DNA of 37,959 nt from a virus (IMGVR_UViG_3300025018_000292:1-37959); one strand, 5' to 3'. Positions 16,776 through 26,440 are shown, counted from the stretch's first letter. Made by a program: numbers and translations. Notes: a model not told the origin generated them from the sequence alone.

Positions 16776-17078
16776 ATGCCAGAACCAACCACGCTGCTAC
16801 CCGAAGCCAGCACCGGCTCGACGGTTTCCCATGCGGTTGCCCGCGATCAGCTTCGCTCCATCGTCGAGCGCATCGAGCGGCTGGAGGAAGAAAAGAAAAC
16901 CATCGCCGAAGACATCAAGGACATCTACTCGGAGGCCAAATCGAACGGTTACGACACCAAGGTGCTGCGCAAGGTGGTCGCCATCCGCAAGCAGGACCAG
17001 AACGACCGGCTTGAACAGGAGGCGATCCTCGACACCTACCTGCATGCGCTGGGGATGGCGCCGGATCCAGATGCCTGA
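16776..17078 (+). CDS. gapR: GapR / DUF2312 family DNA-binding protein
   Basis: [52 protein letters not shown]...LDTY..ALGM. Confidence 0.9.
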   Translation: MPEPTTLLPEASTGSTVSHAVARDQLRSIVERIERLEEEKKTIAEDIKDIYSEAKSNGYDTKVLRKVVAIRKQDQNDRLEQEAILDTYLHALGMAPDPDA

Positions 17079-17421
17079 CAGACCGCCAGACATACTGCAG
17101 CCGGATCCGCAATTTGATCGGCCGATCGAAGCCTGGATGCAGGCGCGGCCCGCTCACAGGGCGGCGCTCGATCACCTGATGGCGGCGATGATCCGCCAGC
17201 AGATTGCGCAGGAAGGCCGGGCGGCCGTCTCCGAACGGCTCTATGCGCTGGCCGACCAGGCGGCCGGGCTTGATGCCCTGTCTTCGCCCACCCCGGTGAA
17301 ACCGGCCGGCAAACGTGGTAGGTATTCCTTCCTATGGGCCAATGGGCGCCCATGGTTTTTCGCAACGCTGGTGCTGGCGGCGATCATCGTCGTCAACGCC
17401 ATCGTCAACATGGCAGGATGA
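17071..17421 (+). CDS. Hypothetical protein with C-terminal TM segment
   Basis: Overlaps gapR stop; [18 protein letters not shown]. Confidence 0.6.
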   Translation: MPDRPPDILQPDPQFDRPIEAWMQARPAHRAALDHLMAAMIRQQIAQEGRAAVSERLYALADQAAGLDALSSPTPVKPAGKRGRYSFLWANGRPWFFATLVLAAIIVVNAIVNMAG

Positions 17422-17597
17422 AGATGGCCACCAAGAAGCCACAACGCAAAATCCTGTCTCTCATCGTCCCGACAGAACTTCACGAAAAGCTTTCCCGCAT
17501 CGCGCGGGAGGCCGGGAAGGACGTGGAACACATCGCTGAAAGCATGCTTGCAGCGATTGTCGAGGATGATGAGGCGGCGCATGGGCAAAGCGGATAG
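17418..17597 (+). CDS. Ribbon-helix-helix (CopG/Arc-like) protein
   Basis: ILSLIVPTELHEKLSRIAREAGK..EHIA pattern. Confidence 0.6.
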   Translation: MKMATKKPQRKILSLIVPTELHEKLSRIAREAGKDVEHIAESMLAAIVEDDEAAHGQSG

Positions 17598-18165
17598 CGG
17601 CCTTACCGACCGCGAGGAACTGTTCTGTCACGAATTCCTGATCGACCTGAATGCGTCAAAGGCCGCGGCTCGCGCAGGCTACTCGGAAGCCTATTCGCGC
17701 CAGCAGGGCCACCGGCTCATGGGCAAGAAGAAGATTGCCGATCGGGTGGCTCACCTGCAGGCCGAACGGCTGGCGCGCGTCGATGAGAGCGCCGATTCGG
17801 TGTTGCAGCGCCTGACGCGGGAAGCCAACGCCGACATCAGCGAACTCTATGACGACGACATGCGGCTCAAGCCTGTCCACGAGTGGCCACCGATCTGGCG
17901 GCGTGGACTGGTGGCCGAAGTCGTCACGGAGGAACTGTTCGATGGCAAGGGCGAAGACCGCGAGCTCATTGGCTACACCAAGCGTGTCCGCCTCGCCGAT
18001 CGCCACGCCAAGGTGATCTCGATCGGCAAGCATCGCGACATCGGCGCATTCAGCGACAAGCGCCGCGGCGAGGACCAGGTTACCGAATCGCCCGCCGAGG
18101 AATTCCTGCGCATGTTCGGCAACTCGGGTGGCATCCGGCCTGCGCCCGCTGGGGCCAAGACGTGA
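17581..18165 (+). CDS. terS: Terminase small subunit
   Basis: LTDREELFCHEFLIDLNASKAAARAGYS; directly upstream of terL. Confidence 0.9.
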   Translation: MGKADSGLTDREELFCHEFLIDLNASKAAARAGYSEAYSRQQGHRLMGKKKIADRVAHLQAERLARVDESADSVLQRLTREANADISELYDDDMRLKPVHEWPPIWRRGLVAEVVTEELFDGKGEDRELIGYTKRVRLADRHAKVISIGKHRDIGAFSDKRRGEDQVTESPAEEFLRMFGNSGGIRPAPAGAKT

Positions 18166-19700
18166 GCGCGTTCGCCGCCCTGCCGGCCGAGTTTCAGGCC
18201 AACCTGAAAGATCCGCACTGGCGGCTGCGCAATCTCTACCGGGTGCGCAACAAGGAAGGCCAGGACGTCCAGTTCAAGCCGTGGCCGGAACAGGAGCGGT
18301 TTCTCAACCAGCTGCATTACCGCAACATCGTGCCCAAGGCCCGCCAGCGCGGGATATCGACCCTGGTGCAGCTGCTGTTTCTCGACACGGCGCTGTTCAC
18401 CCAGAACTGGGCGGTGGGCGTGATCGCCCAGGATGACGACACCGCCAAGGAGATCTTTCGCGACAAGATCATGTTCGCCTACGACCGGCTGCCGCAGCTG
18501 ATCCGCGATGCCCTGCCAACCAAGAAGCGCACCCAGTCCGAAGTCATCTTCGCCAACAATTCGTCGCTGGTCTGCGATGTCTCGGTGCGCGGCACCACCA
18601 AGCAGTGCCTGCATGTCTCCGAACTCGGGATCATCGCCAAGACCGATCCGGAGCGCGCCTACGAGATCCAGACCGGATCGCTGCCGGCCGTCGACAAGAC
18701 CGGTATCGTGGTGATCGAAAGCACGGTTGAAAGCCCGTTCGACATGTTTTCGCAGATGTGCAAGATCGCCCGGCGCAAGATGCTGACCGGCGAAACCCTC
18801 ACGCCGCTCGATTACAAGCTGTTCTTCACATCGTGGTGGGACGCGGACGAGTACACGCTGGACCCCGATATCGTCACGGTTCCGCGCGAGGACGATCTCT
18901 ATTTCGACCGCATGGAACTCGAAATCAGGCAACCGATCAGCCCCGGCCATCGCGCCTGGTGGGTGACCAAGCGCGATGCGGAGTTCGCCGGTGATTCCGC
19001 CAAGATGTTTTCCCAGTACCCGACCACGCTCGACGAGGCGTTCAAGGTCAACACCGAAGGCCTGTGGCTGTCCAAGCACATGGAAACGGCGCGGGCCCAG
19101 GGACGGATCACGGATCTTCCGATCCGCACCGACACGCCGATCATGTCGGTCTGGGACATCGGCGTGGGTGATGACGTCGCCGTCTGGTTCTTCCAGCTGA
19201 ACGGCCCCTGGGCGGATTTCATTGGCTATTACGAGTGCAATGGCGAGGCCTATTCCTACTACACCCGTGAAATCCGCGAGTTGTTCCCGAACTGCACGTT
19301 CGGGCGGGTGTTCCTGCCCCACGATGGCGCACATCGGCACCCTGGCAGTGAGCAGGTCAAGACCGTCGCCGACATGCTCGAGGAGTTGGGCTGGCGCGAT
19401 ATCGAGATTGTGCCGCGCACCCCCAGCGTCGACGTGGGGATCAACCAGCTGCGCGAAGCCTTCCCCACGTTCCGTTTCGACAAGACCCGGTGTGCGGTAG
19501 GCATCGAGCACCTGGAGGGCTTTGCCAAGCCCTGGAACAACCGGCTTGGCATGTTCATGCCGCATATCCTCAAGAACGGTCACCAGCATGCCGCCGACGC
19601 CATCCGCCAGTGGGCGCAGATCCGGCACGATTACACCGCAAACCGCCAGCGATCGCGCCCGAAGCGTTCCGGCGCCAGAAGATCAGGGAGAGTGACATGA
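18162..19700 (+). CDS. terL: Terminase large subunit
   Basis: KARQRGIST Walker A, LHVSE Walker B, IEST, WDIGVGD, LPHDG, HAADAIR; GTG start overlapping terS stop. Confidence 0.93.
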   Translation: MSAFAALPAEFQANLKDPHWRLRNLYRVRNKEGQDVQFKPWPEQERFLNQLHYRNIVPKARQRGISTLVQLLFLDTALFTQNWAVGVIAQDDDTAKEIFRDKIMFAYDRLPQLIRDALPTKKRTQSEVIFANNSSLVCDVSVRGTTKQCLHVSELGIIAKTDPERAYEIQTGSLPAVDKTGIVVIESTVESPFDMFSQMCKIARRKMLTGETLTPLDYKLFFTSWWDADEYTLDPDIVTVPREDDLYFDRMELEIRQPISPGHRAWWVTKRDAEFAGDSAKMFSQYPTTLDEAFKVNTEGLWLSKHMETARAQGRITDLPIRTDTPIMSVWDIGVGDDVAVWFFQLNGPWADFIGYYECNGEAYSYYTREIRELFPNCTFGRVFLPHDGAHRHPGSEQVKTVADMLEELGWRDIEIVPRTPSVDVGINQLREAFPTFRFDKTRCAVGIEHLEGFAKPWNNRLGMFMPHILKNGHQHAADAIRQWAQIRHDYTANRQRSRPKRSGARRSGRVT

Positions 19701-20173
19701 CAACGATTGCCTACAAGGACGGCGTGATGGCGGCTGACAGCCTCGTGACGGTCAACGGCATGCGCGCCGGCGCGTTCACCAAGGTATTCGACTATCAATC
19801 AATGACATCAGGGGCGCAGGTGCTCATCGGCTTCTGCGGCGAGCCCCGGCATATCGCCCAGGCGATGGCAGAGGTGGTCAACCGCAAGCTGGATCCGCTC
19901 CTGTCCGGATCATGGCCTGTGGGCGAATACACGGCCCTCATTGCCATCAAGCATGAACCGAAGTCCGAATGCCCACCGGATATCTATCTGTTTGAAGGCG
20001 CTGGCCACCCCTATCCCATCCAAGCGCCATATCAGGCCATCGGTTCGGGATCCGAAGTTGCTACAGGCGCGATGGCCATGGGCGCCACGGCGCTGCAGGC
20101 GGTCAAAACAGCGATAGATCTGGACACCGGCTCAGGTGGCCCGGCTGTCAGTATTTCGTTTTCATCCCGCTGA
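19697..20173 (+). CDS. Ntn-hydrolase (HslV/proteasome beta-like) phage protein
   Basis: M-TTIAY.DG.MAADS, GFCG, AIGSGS..A.GAM, D..SGG. Confidence 0.75.
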   Translation: MTTIAYKDGVMAADSLVTVNGMRAGAFTKVFDYQSMTSGAQVLIGFCGEPRHIAQAMAEVVNRKLDPLLSGSWPVGEYTALIAIKHEPKSECPPDIYLFEGAGHPYPIQAPYQAIGSGSEVATGAMAMGATALQAVKTAIDLDTGSGGPAVSISFSSR

Positions 20174-20236
20174 TCCTCATCACTCGCTCCCCCGCCAACA
20201 GCAGAAGGAACATGAACACGAACTCAGGAGGTTCCG

Positions 20237-20692
20237 ATGGAACTCCAAGCCAATCTCGATCTGTCCGAATATCATTTCAAGCGCCCGGTGCTGATGGGCG
20301 GCATCCTGTCGGCCTATGGCACCTGGTGGCACGATGAAGGCAAGCATGAGCCCTGCCTGGTCATCCTGCGCGCCGGCGAGGAGGGAAGCCCCTACACCAT
20401 CCCCTGCGTGGTGCTGCTCAAGGACGCATGGAAGTGGTCGGAAGAAGCGGGAGAGCCCGGATACGGCTACAAATGGGCGGCGCGCTTCGCGGCCACATTG
20501 CGGTTTAATGAAAATGACCTTAAAACTGTGTTCGGCGTCCTGTCGATTGTACGCGACCAGCTCGGCGATCTGATTTCCATTCCCCCGTATCGCCGCCTGA
20601 AAGACCTTGATCCGGTTTCAGCTGATGTGACCATCCGCGACCGGGATAGCAATCGATCTAAGGAGATCGAGATACGGGGGACCGATGTATGA
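20237..20692 (+). CDS. Conserved hypothetical protein preceding portal
   Basis: AGGAGG RBS; overlaps portal start. Confidence 0.75.
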   Translation: MELQANLDLSEYHFKRPVLMGGILSAYGTWWHDEGKHEPCLVILRAGEEGSPYTIPCVVLLKDAWKWSEEAGEPGYGYKWAARFAATLRFNENDLKTVFGVLSIVRDQLGDLISIPPYRRLKDLDPVSADVTIRDRDSNRSKEIEIRGTDV

Positions 20693-22907
20693 ACAGGACA
20701 TTTCGGAGCGATCGGCCGAGAAGCCGCTCGCTCCGCGGGCAAAGCAGCCCAAGCCGGCACAGCCGCAGCTGAAGACGCAAGCGAGCCCTGTTCAGTTCAA
20801 GCACAAGTCCTCCGAGGCGCTGCGGCTGCATTCACTGCTGATGGGGTACTGGCAACTCGAACTCGATCGCCAGAGCGAAAACCGCCGCGAGATGGAACTC
20901 GACGAGGAATTCTACGACAATCACCAGTGGCGCGAGGAAGACGCCGCCGTCCTCGAAGATCGTGGCCAGATGCCACTGGCCTACAACGTGATCGCGACAA
21001 CGGTCGACTGGATCTGTGGCACGGAAAAACGCGGACGCACGGATCAGCGCATCCTTCCGCGCCGCAAGGCTGACGGCAAGACCGCCGAGCGCAAGAGTCA
21101 GCTGTTCAAGTACCTGGCCGATGTGAACAGAACTCAGTTCAATGTTTCGCGCGCCTTCGAGGACGCGATCAAGGTCGGTATCGGCTGGATGGACGATGGT
21201 GTCGACCTCGAGTCCGATGGCGAGGAAATCTATTCGCGCTATGAAAGCTGGCGCAACGTGCTGTGGGATTCGACGGCCACCTCGCCGGATCTTGAAGACG
21301 CCCGCTATGTGATGCGATCGCGCTGGGTGGATCTCGATATGGGGCTGGCGCTGTTTCCGAAGGAGAAAGAGGCGCTGATGCGCGCGGCCGGGCTGCCGCA
21401 GGTGCAGATGAACATCAATTCCGATGACGCGATGGACCGGACCGAAGACCAGTTCCAGCACGAACCCATCACGTCGATCTACACCGCCAAGCGAGAGCGC
21501 CTGCAGATCATCGAATGCTGGTTCAAGCGCCCGACGCTGACCGAGCGGTTCCTCGACGGGCCATTCAAAGGCGAGTATTTCGATCCGTCCTCGCGCGGCC
21601 ATGTCCAGGCGCAGGCCGATGGCGCCAGGCTCAAGGCCAAGGTGACGATGCGCATGCATGTTGCGCTGATGACCGAGTACGATTTCCTCTGGCTGTCGAT
21701 CTCGCCCTACCGGCACAACCGGTTCCCGCTTACCCCGATCTGGGGCCACATGCGCGGCAAGACCCGGCTTCCCTACGGCGTCATCCGCCGTCTGCGCGAT
21801 ATCCAGGAGGATATCAACAAGCGCGCGTCCAAGGCGCTGCATATCCTGTCGACCAACCGCGTCATCATGGACGAGGGCGCGCTGGGCGATGACATGGACA
21901 TCGATGAATTCCTCGACGAGGTGTCGCGGCCTGACGCGGTGATCACCAAGAAGGCCGGCAAGCATCTGGAAATCAGCAACGAGCGGGATCTGAGCCAGTA
22001 TCAGCTTGAACTGATGTCGCGCGGGATCTCGATGATCCAGTCAGCCTCGGGCGTGACCGACGAAAACCTCGGGCGGCGCACCAATGCCACCTCCGGGATC
22101 GCCATCCAGGCGCGGCAGGACCAGGGCGCGCTGGCAACGGCCAAGTATTTCGACAACCTCGCATTCTTCCAGCAGGTGCGCGGTGAAAAGGTGCTGTCGC
22201 TGATCGAGCAGTACATGGATGCCGAGAAGGAATTCCGCATTACCAACGAACGCGGCGCGCCCCAGTACATCGCGGTCAACGACAACGATCCGGACAACGA
22301 TATCGTTCGCTCCAAGGCCGATTTCATCATCATCGACGAGGATTTCCACGCTTCGACCCGGCAAGCAGCTGCCGCGCACCTGATGGAACTGATCAAGACG
22401 CTGCCTCCGCAGATCGCGCTGACCATGCTCGACCTCGTGGTCGACAACCTCGACGTCAAGAACCGCGAGGAAATCGTCAGGCGCATCCGCCAGGCAACCG
22501 GCCAGCGGGATCCGGATTCGGAGGAAATCACGCCGGAAGAACAGCAGGCAATGCAGGCCGCGTCCCAGCAGCAGGCGCTGGCAATGGCCGCGCAGCAGGC
22601 AGAGGTGCAAAAGAAAGCCGCCGACGCCGCGCTGCAGATCGCCAAGGCGCGGTCGGAACTGGCAAAGACCACCGGCGCGAATGTCGAGGCAATCCAGAAG
22701 GCGCTGGAAGCGGCGCAACTCTCTCTTCTCAACCCGGCTGCCAGCGATGTCGCGGATTACGTGCTCGCCGAAGCCGGTTTCAAATCCGCAGCGGATATTT
22801 CGCGCGAATCCGCCGCGGCGATGGCTCCCCCAGGCGCGCCGCCGCCCGGCGAACAATCGCCGGCCAACGCAAACCCCGTTCCCGAACCGGAGCGTCAAGT
22901 TGCTTGA
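20685..22907 (+). CDS. Portal protein (P22-like podovirus type)
   Basis: EFYDNHQW, RGQ.PL.YN.I, GIGW, YGVIRRLRDIQEDINKR.SK, SGIAIQARQ.QG; C-terminal Gln/Ala coiled coil. Confidence 0.9.
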   Translation: MYEQDISERSAEKPLAPRAKQPKPAQPQLKTQASPVQFKHKSSEALRLHSLLMGYWQLELDRQSENRREMELDEEFYDNHQWREEDAAVLEDRGQMPLAYNVIATTVDWICGTEKRGRTDQRILPRRKADGKTAERKSQLFKYLADVNRTQFNVSRAFEDAIKVGIGWMDDGVDLESDGEEIYSRYESWRNVLWDSTATSPDLEDARYVMRSRWVDLDMGLALFPKEKEALMRAAGLPQVQMNINSDDAMDRTEDQFQHEPITSIYTAKRERLQIIECWFKRPTLTERFLDGPFKGEYFDPSSRGHVQAQADGARLKAKVTMRMHVALMTEYDFLWLSISPYRHNRFPLTPIWGHMRGKTRLPYGVIRRLRDIQEDINKRASKALHILSTNRVIMDEGALGDDMDIDEFLDEVSRPDAVITKKAGKHLEISNERDLSQYQLELMSRGISMIQSASGVTDENLGRRTNATSGIAIQARQDQGALATAKYFDNLAFFQQVRGEKVLSLIEQYMDAEKEFRITNERGAPQYIAVNDNDPDNDIVRSKADFIIIDEDFHASTRQAAAAHLMELIKTLPPQIALTMLDLVVDNLDVKNREEIVRRIRQATGQRDPDSEEITPEEQQAMQAASQQQALAMAAQQAEVQKKAADAALQIAKARSELAKTTGANVEAIQKALEAAQLSLLNPAASDVADYVLAEAGFKSAADISRESAAAMAPPGAPPPGEQSPANANPVPEPERQVA

Positions 22908-22925
22908 TGACCATGGAGCCGCAAC

Positions 22926-23918
22926 ATGCCCAACGTACCACCGCCCAAACCCGTCTTCATTGAAGGCGAGGAAGTCGACCCGTCCCTGCTGACCCCGGAA
23001 GAACGGGCAGGTTTTGAGGAATTCGACGATTTCGACCCTGATGCCGATATCCCGGCAAAAGACGCCGACGATGACAATGAGGGGGACTCAGGATCAGACG
23101 ACAATCTGGATGCCGATCTCGACGCCGGCAACGATGGTCAGGATGATGATGACGACAATCCCGACGAGAAAGACGGCGCTGACCGGGATCTGCCCGACAA
23201 CGATGATGGTGACGATGGCGCCGATGCGGACGATGATCAGCGCGACAGCGCCGCGACCGTCTTCCGCATGGATGATATCCCGCCTGAAACCCCGCCTGAA
23301 ACCAACCAGGCGCGCCTCGACGAGATCAATTCCGAGATCAACAAGATCGAGGAGGAATATGAAGACGGCGGCATGACGACTGCCGAGTTCCGTCAGCAGA
23401 TTTCGAAGCTCGAACGCGAGGCTGGCAAGATCGAGGCCGCTGACGAAGCGAAATTGTCGGCGTATCAAAAACAGGTCGACACCTTCAACGGCGCCATCGA
23501 GCAGTGGAAGAAGGATTGCGCCGCCTTCTACAAGGCTCATCCGGAATATCGCACCGACGCGCTGGCGAACCGGGATCTGAACGACCTGGTGCGCAGCCTG
23601 CAGGGATCGACCAGGGGCCACATCTACGACCCGGCGCTCATCGAACAGGCCCACGAAATGCTCCAGGCGCGCGCCGGCCAGCGCCCGGCCGGCCAGGACA
23701 CCAGGCGCGACAAACCTTCGCGCGAGAAGACCCGCACCGCGCCGCGCAACAATCCGCCCAACCTGGGTGGGCTGCCAGTGGCCGAGGCCGGCGATGTGAC
23801 CGAGGGCGAATTCTCGCGTCTCGATGCATTGCTGGATGCGGGCCGAACCGCCGAATACGAATCGGCTCTCGCCCAGATGACGGATGCGCAGCGCGCACGG
23901 TACGAGGCTCAAGGATAG
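22926..23918 (+). CDS. Putative capsid scaffolding protein (very acidic)
   Basis: Asp-rich N-terminus and coiled coil; follows portal. Confidence 0.65.
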   Translation: MPNVPPPKPVFIEGEEVDPSLLTPEERAGFEEFDDFDPDADIPAKDADDDNEGDSGSDDNLDADLDAGNDGQDDDDDNPDEKDGADRDLPDNDDGDDGADADDDQRDSAATVFRMDDIPPETPPETNQARLDEINSEINKIEEEYEDGGMTTAEFRQQISKLEREAGKIEAADEAKLSAYQKQVDTFNGAIEQWKKDCAAFYKAHPEYRTDALANRDLNDLVRSLQGSTRGHIYDPALIEQAHEMLQARAGQRPAGQDTRRDKPSREKTRTAPRNNPPNLGGLPVAEAGDVTEGEFSRLDALLDAGRTAEYESALAQMTDAQRARYEAQG

Positions 23919-23920
23919 CC

Positions 23921-24160
23921 ATGCCGCTCGTGCTGACGGTGCGGGTGGGCCAGGCGGTGCAGATCGCCGATGGCACGTTCATCCGCATCGAGGAAAAAAA
24001 ACGGACCGGAACGGAGCGAGGGATGGGATCGGCCGTCAAGATGACGATCTTCTCTGACCTCAAGCCGATACACCTGGTCAAGGACGGTGTTCCCCCTCCG
24101 GGGATGAATGCCGTCCCGCCGTTGCGAAAACCCGGACGGATCCTGTCGCCAAAAGATTGA
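23921..24160 (+). CDS. CsrA-like small beta-strand protein
   Basis: MPLVLTVRVGQAVQIADGTFIRI resembles the CsrA N-terminus MLVLTR.VGE.I.IGD.I.I. Confidence 0.5.
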   Translation: MPLVLTVRVGQAVQIADGTFIRIEEKKRTGTERGMGSAVKMTIFSDLKPIHLVKDGVPPPGMNAVPPLRKPGRILSPKD

Positions 24161-24253
24161 AATAAGCAATCATTAACCGACCCATTAAGGCCGCGATGCT
24201 CAATGCATTGCGGTTTTTTGTTTTCTGTGAGATATTCAAAATGCAATCATTAA
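24157..24253 (+). promoter_or_regulatory. AT-rich promoter region of accessory cassette with two operator-like sites (24157-24169, 24234-24246)
   Basis: TTGAA-ATA-AGCAATCATT and ATTCA-AAA-TGCAATCATT; TTGCGG-17-GATATT. Confidence 0.55.
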
Positions 24254-24257
24254 GGAA

Positions 24258-24584
24258 GTGGAGCCCCCAGTGCCAACACCCAAGGAAAATGCCGAATACA
24301 CCTTTCGCAAGCCATGTGGAGGATTGATCCCTGAAACCGAAATGCAGATCGCCGCCAAGATTGGGGAGATCCCGGAGTTCAAAGGCTGCTGCATGGGGCA
24401 CAAGGTCAGGTATCTCGCCGACACCATGGCCATCGCGGTGTCCATGTTCCTGATCCTTGTTCCCCGCCATGAACGGCTTCGGGAGGTCGATGAGGCCGAG
24501 GCGATGGCGCAGGAACTGGTGAAGATGGCGTTCAACCGTCTTCGCCTCGTGGCCGCTCCGGTCGATGTCAAGCGTCCGAACTGA
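24258..24584 (+). CDS. Hypothetical protein (start uncertain)
   Basis: First ORF after the promoter. Confidence 0.55.
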   Translation: MEPPVPTPKENAEYTFRKPCGGLIPETEMQIAAKIGEIPEFKGCCMGHKVRYLADTMAIAVSMFLILVPRHERLREVDEAEAMAQELVKMAFNRLRLVAAPVDVKRPN

Positions 24585-24593
24585 GGTACCGCC

Positions 24594-24833
24594 ATGAAAC
24601 CTGCACCACAGACTACCGCCGCACCACGCTTCTATCTGGGCGAGCAAGAACACACTCCCGTCCTGATCGGGGCCGGGCTCGAACGTGAACAGATGCGTTC
24701 GTCGATGAAGATCAGCCGCACGGGCTATGTGCTCCTGATCCTGCTCGCCATTGCCCTGTTTTCCTCGGTGTTCGCGCTCGCCGCCCGGGCCTTCGACATT
24801 GGCGAGTATCAGCGCCAGATCGAGAGGGTGTGA
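24594..24833 (+). CDS. Small membrane protein
   Basis: GAGG RBS; YVLLILLAIALFSSVFALAA. Confidence 0.6.
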   Translation: MKPAPQTTAAPRFYLGEQEHTPVLIGAGLEREQMRSSMKISRTGYVLLILLAIALFSSVFALAARAFDIGEYQRQIERV

Positions 24834-24922
24834 TGACCCACAGGACCGTTGTGAGTGCCCTGTGGGCAGCAATCTTCTTCACCACCATCACAGTCATCAC
24901 CACCGCACTGCTGGCGCAATAG
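24833..24922 (+). CDS. 29-aa hydrophobic peptide (not in ORF track)
   Basis: MTHRTVVSALWAAIFFTTITVITTALLAQ; TGATG overlap, GAGG RBS. Confidence 0.5.
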   Translation: MTHRTVVSALWAAIFFTTITVITTALLAQ

Positions 24923-24958
24923 GCCGCCAGCGGAACACCTCGCCTGAAGGAGGCATGA

Positions 24959-25267
24959 ATGGATCAGCGAGTTAAACTTGGAAACCCGCGCCACACCTAC
25001 GCGATCGGCATATCATCGGGACTGAATATGGCGCTTGATTACCTTGCTGCTGTGCCGAAGAACCTGCAGGCCACGCCCGGGTTCATGCTTGCCATGGCCA
25101 CAATCCAAGCTCAGGCAGCCGAACACCGAGCCTACAACATTTCAAGGAACTTGGCATTCCTCGCGAAAAACGGTGTCGATGTCGCGACCTACAGGGCGGT
25201 CAGCTACGACGCTGAAACGGATGAATTCATCTGCGAACTCTATTCCCCGGATGAGGTGAACACATGA
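24959..25267 (+). CDS. Hypothetical protein
   Basis: GGAGG RBS. Confidence 0.65.
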   Translation: MDQRVKLGNPRHTYAIGISSGLNMALDYLAAVPKNLQATPGFMLAMATIQAQAAEHRAYNISRNLAFLAKNGVDVATYRAVSYDAETDEFICELYSPDEVNT

Positions 25268-25578
25268 CCTTTGTGATTCATACCTACCGATCGCCAATGG
25301 CTCCCGGACTGGATGTCTACATTGGGCGCGGCGGTTCGATCGTCACAAACCTACAGTTCAATGAATTGGAGGAGGGAGCTACATCCGAGCCTTGCATGAG
25401 CGGCAAGGATGGCGAGGAGTTTTTACGCGCCGCACTCAATGCCGCATGGGATCTCGGTCTGCGCCCTGACGGCTATCTCGATGTGCGCGAGAGCATGAAG
25501 GCCACCAACAGCCACCTTCAGGACATGCGAGCGATCGCCTTCGCGAAATTGAACGTGGAGAAGCCTGATGGCCGCTGA
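25264..25578 (+). CDS. Hypothetical protein
   Basis: ATGA overlap, GAGG RBS. Confidence 0.65.
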   Translation: MTFVIHTYRSPMAPGLDVYIGRGGSIVTNLQFNELEEGATSEPCMSGKDGEEFLRAALNAAWDLGLRPDGYLDVRESMKATNSHLQDMRAIAFAKLNVEKPDGR

Positions 25579-26440
25579 AACCGGTATTCCCTGGACCGAC
25601 AGCACCCACAACCCATGGCGCGGCTGCACCAAAGTCGGTCCGGCCTGCGATCACTGCTACGCCGAGGGCGTCGACAAGCGTAGCGCCGGCGACAACCATT
25701 GGGGATTGGGTGTGCCCAGGCTTCGGCACTCCGACCACACCCGCAATGCTCTTTTTCGATGGCAAAAGCAGGCGGACAAATTCTTCGCGGAGCATGGCCG
25801 GGATCGTCGTGTCTTCACACTGTCGATGGGTGATCTGCTTGATAAAGAGGTCGATCCTCAGTGGCGCCGTGACCAGATGAGTGCAATGGAGGAATGTGAC
25901 CGGCTGAAGCTGCAGATCTGCACCAAGCGGATCAGCAACCTACGGAATATGGTCCCCGGAAATTGGGCCCAGCGATGGCCGCAGCACATCGGCGTTCTGA
26001 TCACCGTGGTCACGCAAGCCGAGGCCGATCGCGACGCGCCGCGGCTGCTGGAATATAAGCGCAGGTTCGGCATTCCGTGGGTGGGTATCAGCTATGAGCC
26101 GGCGCAGGAGGCGATTGATTTCACAAGGATCGTACGACCGCAAAGGCATGGATATGGAGGCGGCTACATCGACGCCCTGAGGGGTTGGACTCGCGGCTAC
26201 GGGCATGGATATCGCGAGTTTGATGCAGACGCTGCGCTCGACTGGATCATCTTCGGCGGCAAGAGCGGCCCGAAGTGGAACGATCGCCCGTTTGATATCG
26301 AGTGGGGACGGCAGACCCGCGACCAGTGCGCGGCGGCTGGTGTTGCGTTCTTCATGAAGCAGATGGCGGCTTTCCGTCCAACCTACGACATGGTTCCGCC
26401 TGACATGCGACTGCGGCAGTACCCAAAGGCACTATCATGA
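25568..26440 (+). CDS. DUF5131 / phage Gp37-Gp68 family (radical-SAM-like three-Cys) protein
   Basis: IPWTDSTHNPWRGCTKVGPACDHCYAE, SMGDL, TKR, SYEP, DWIIFGG.SG, FFMKQ. Confidence 0.9.
   Translation: MAAETGIPWTDSTHNPWRGCTKVGPACDHCYAEGVDKRSAGDNHWGLGVPRLRHSDHTRNALFRWQKQADKFFAEHGRDRRVFTLSMGDLLDKEVDPQWRRDQMSAMEECDRLKLQICTKRISNLRNMVPGNWAQRWPQHIGVLITVVTQAEADRDAPRLLEYKRRFGIPWVGISYEPAQEAIDFTRIVRPQRHGYGGGYIDALRGWTRGYGHGYREFDADAALDWIIFGGKSGPKWNDRPFDIEWGRQTRDQCAAAGVAFFMKQMAAFRPTYDMVPPDMRLRQYPKALS

Noticed and set aside
24173-24188. CtrA box
   Set aside because: Spacing is TTAA-N8-TTAA, not N7; at most a half-site
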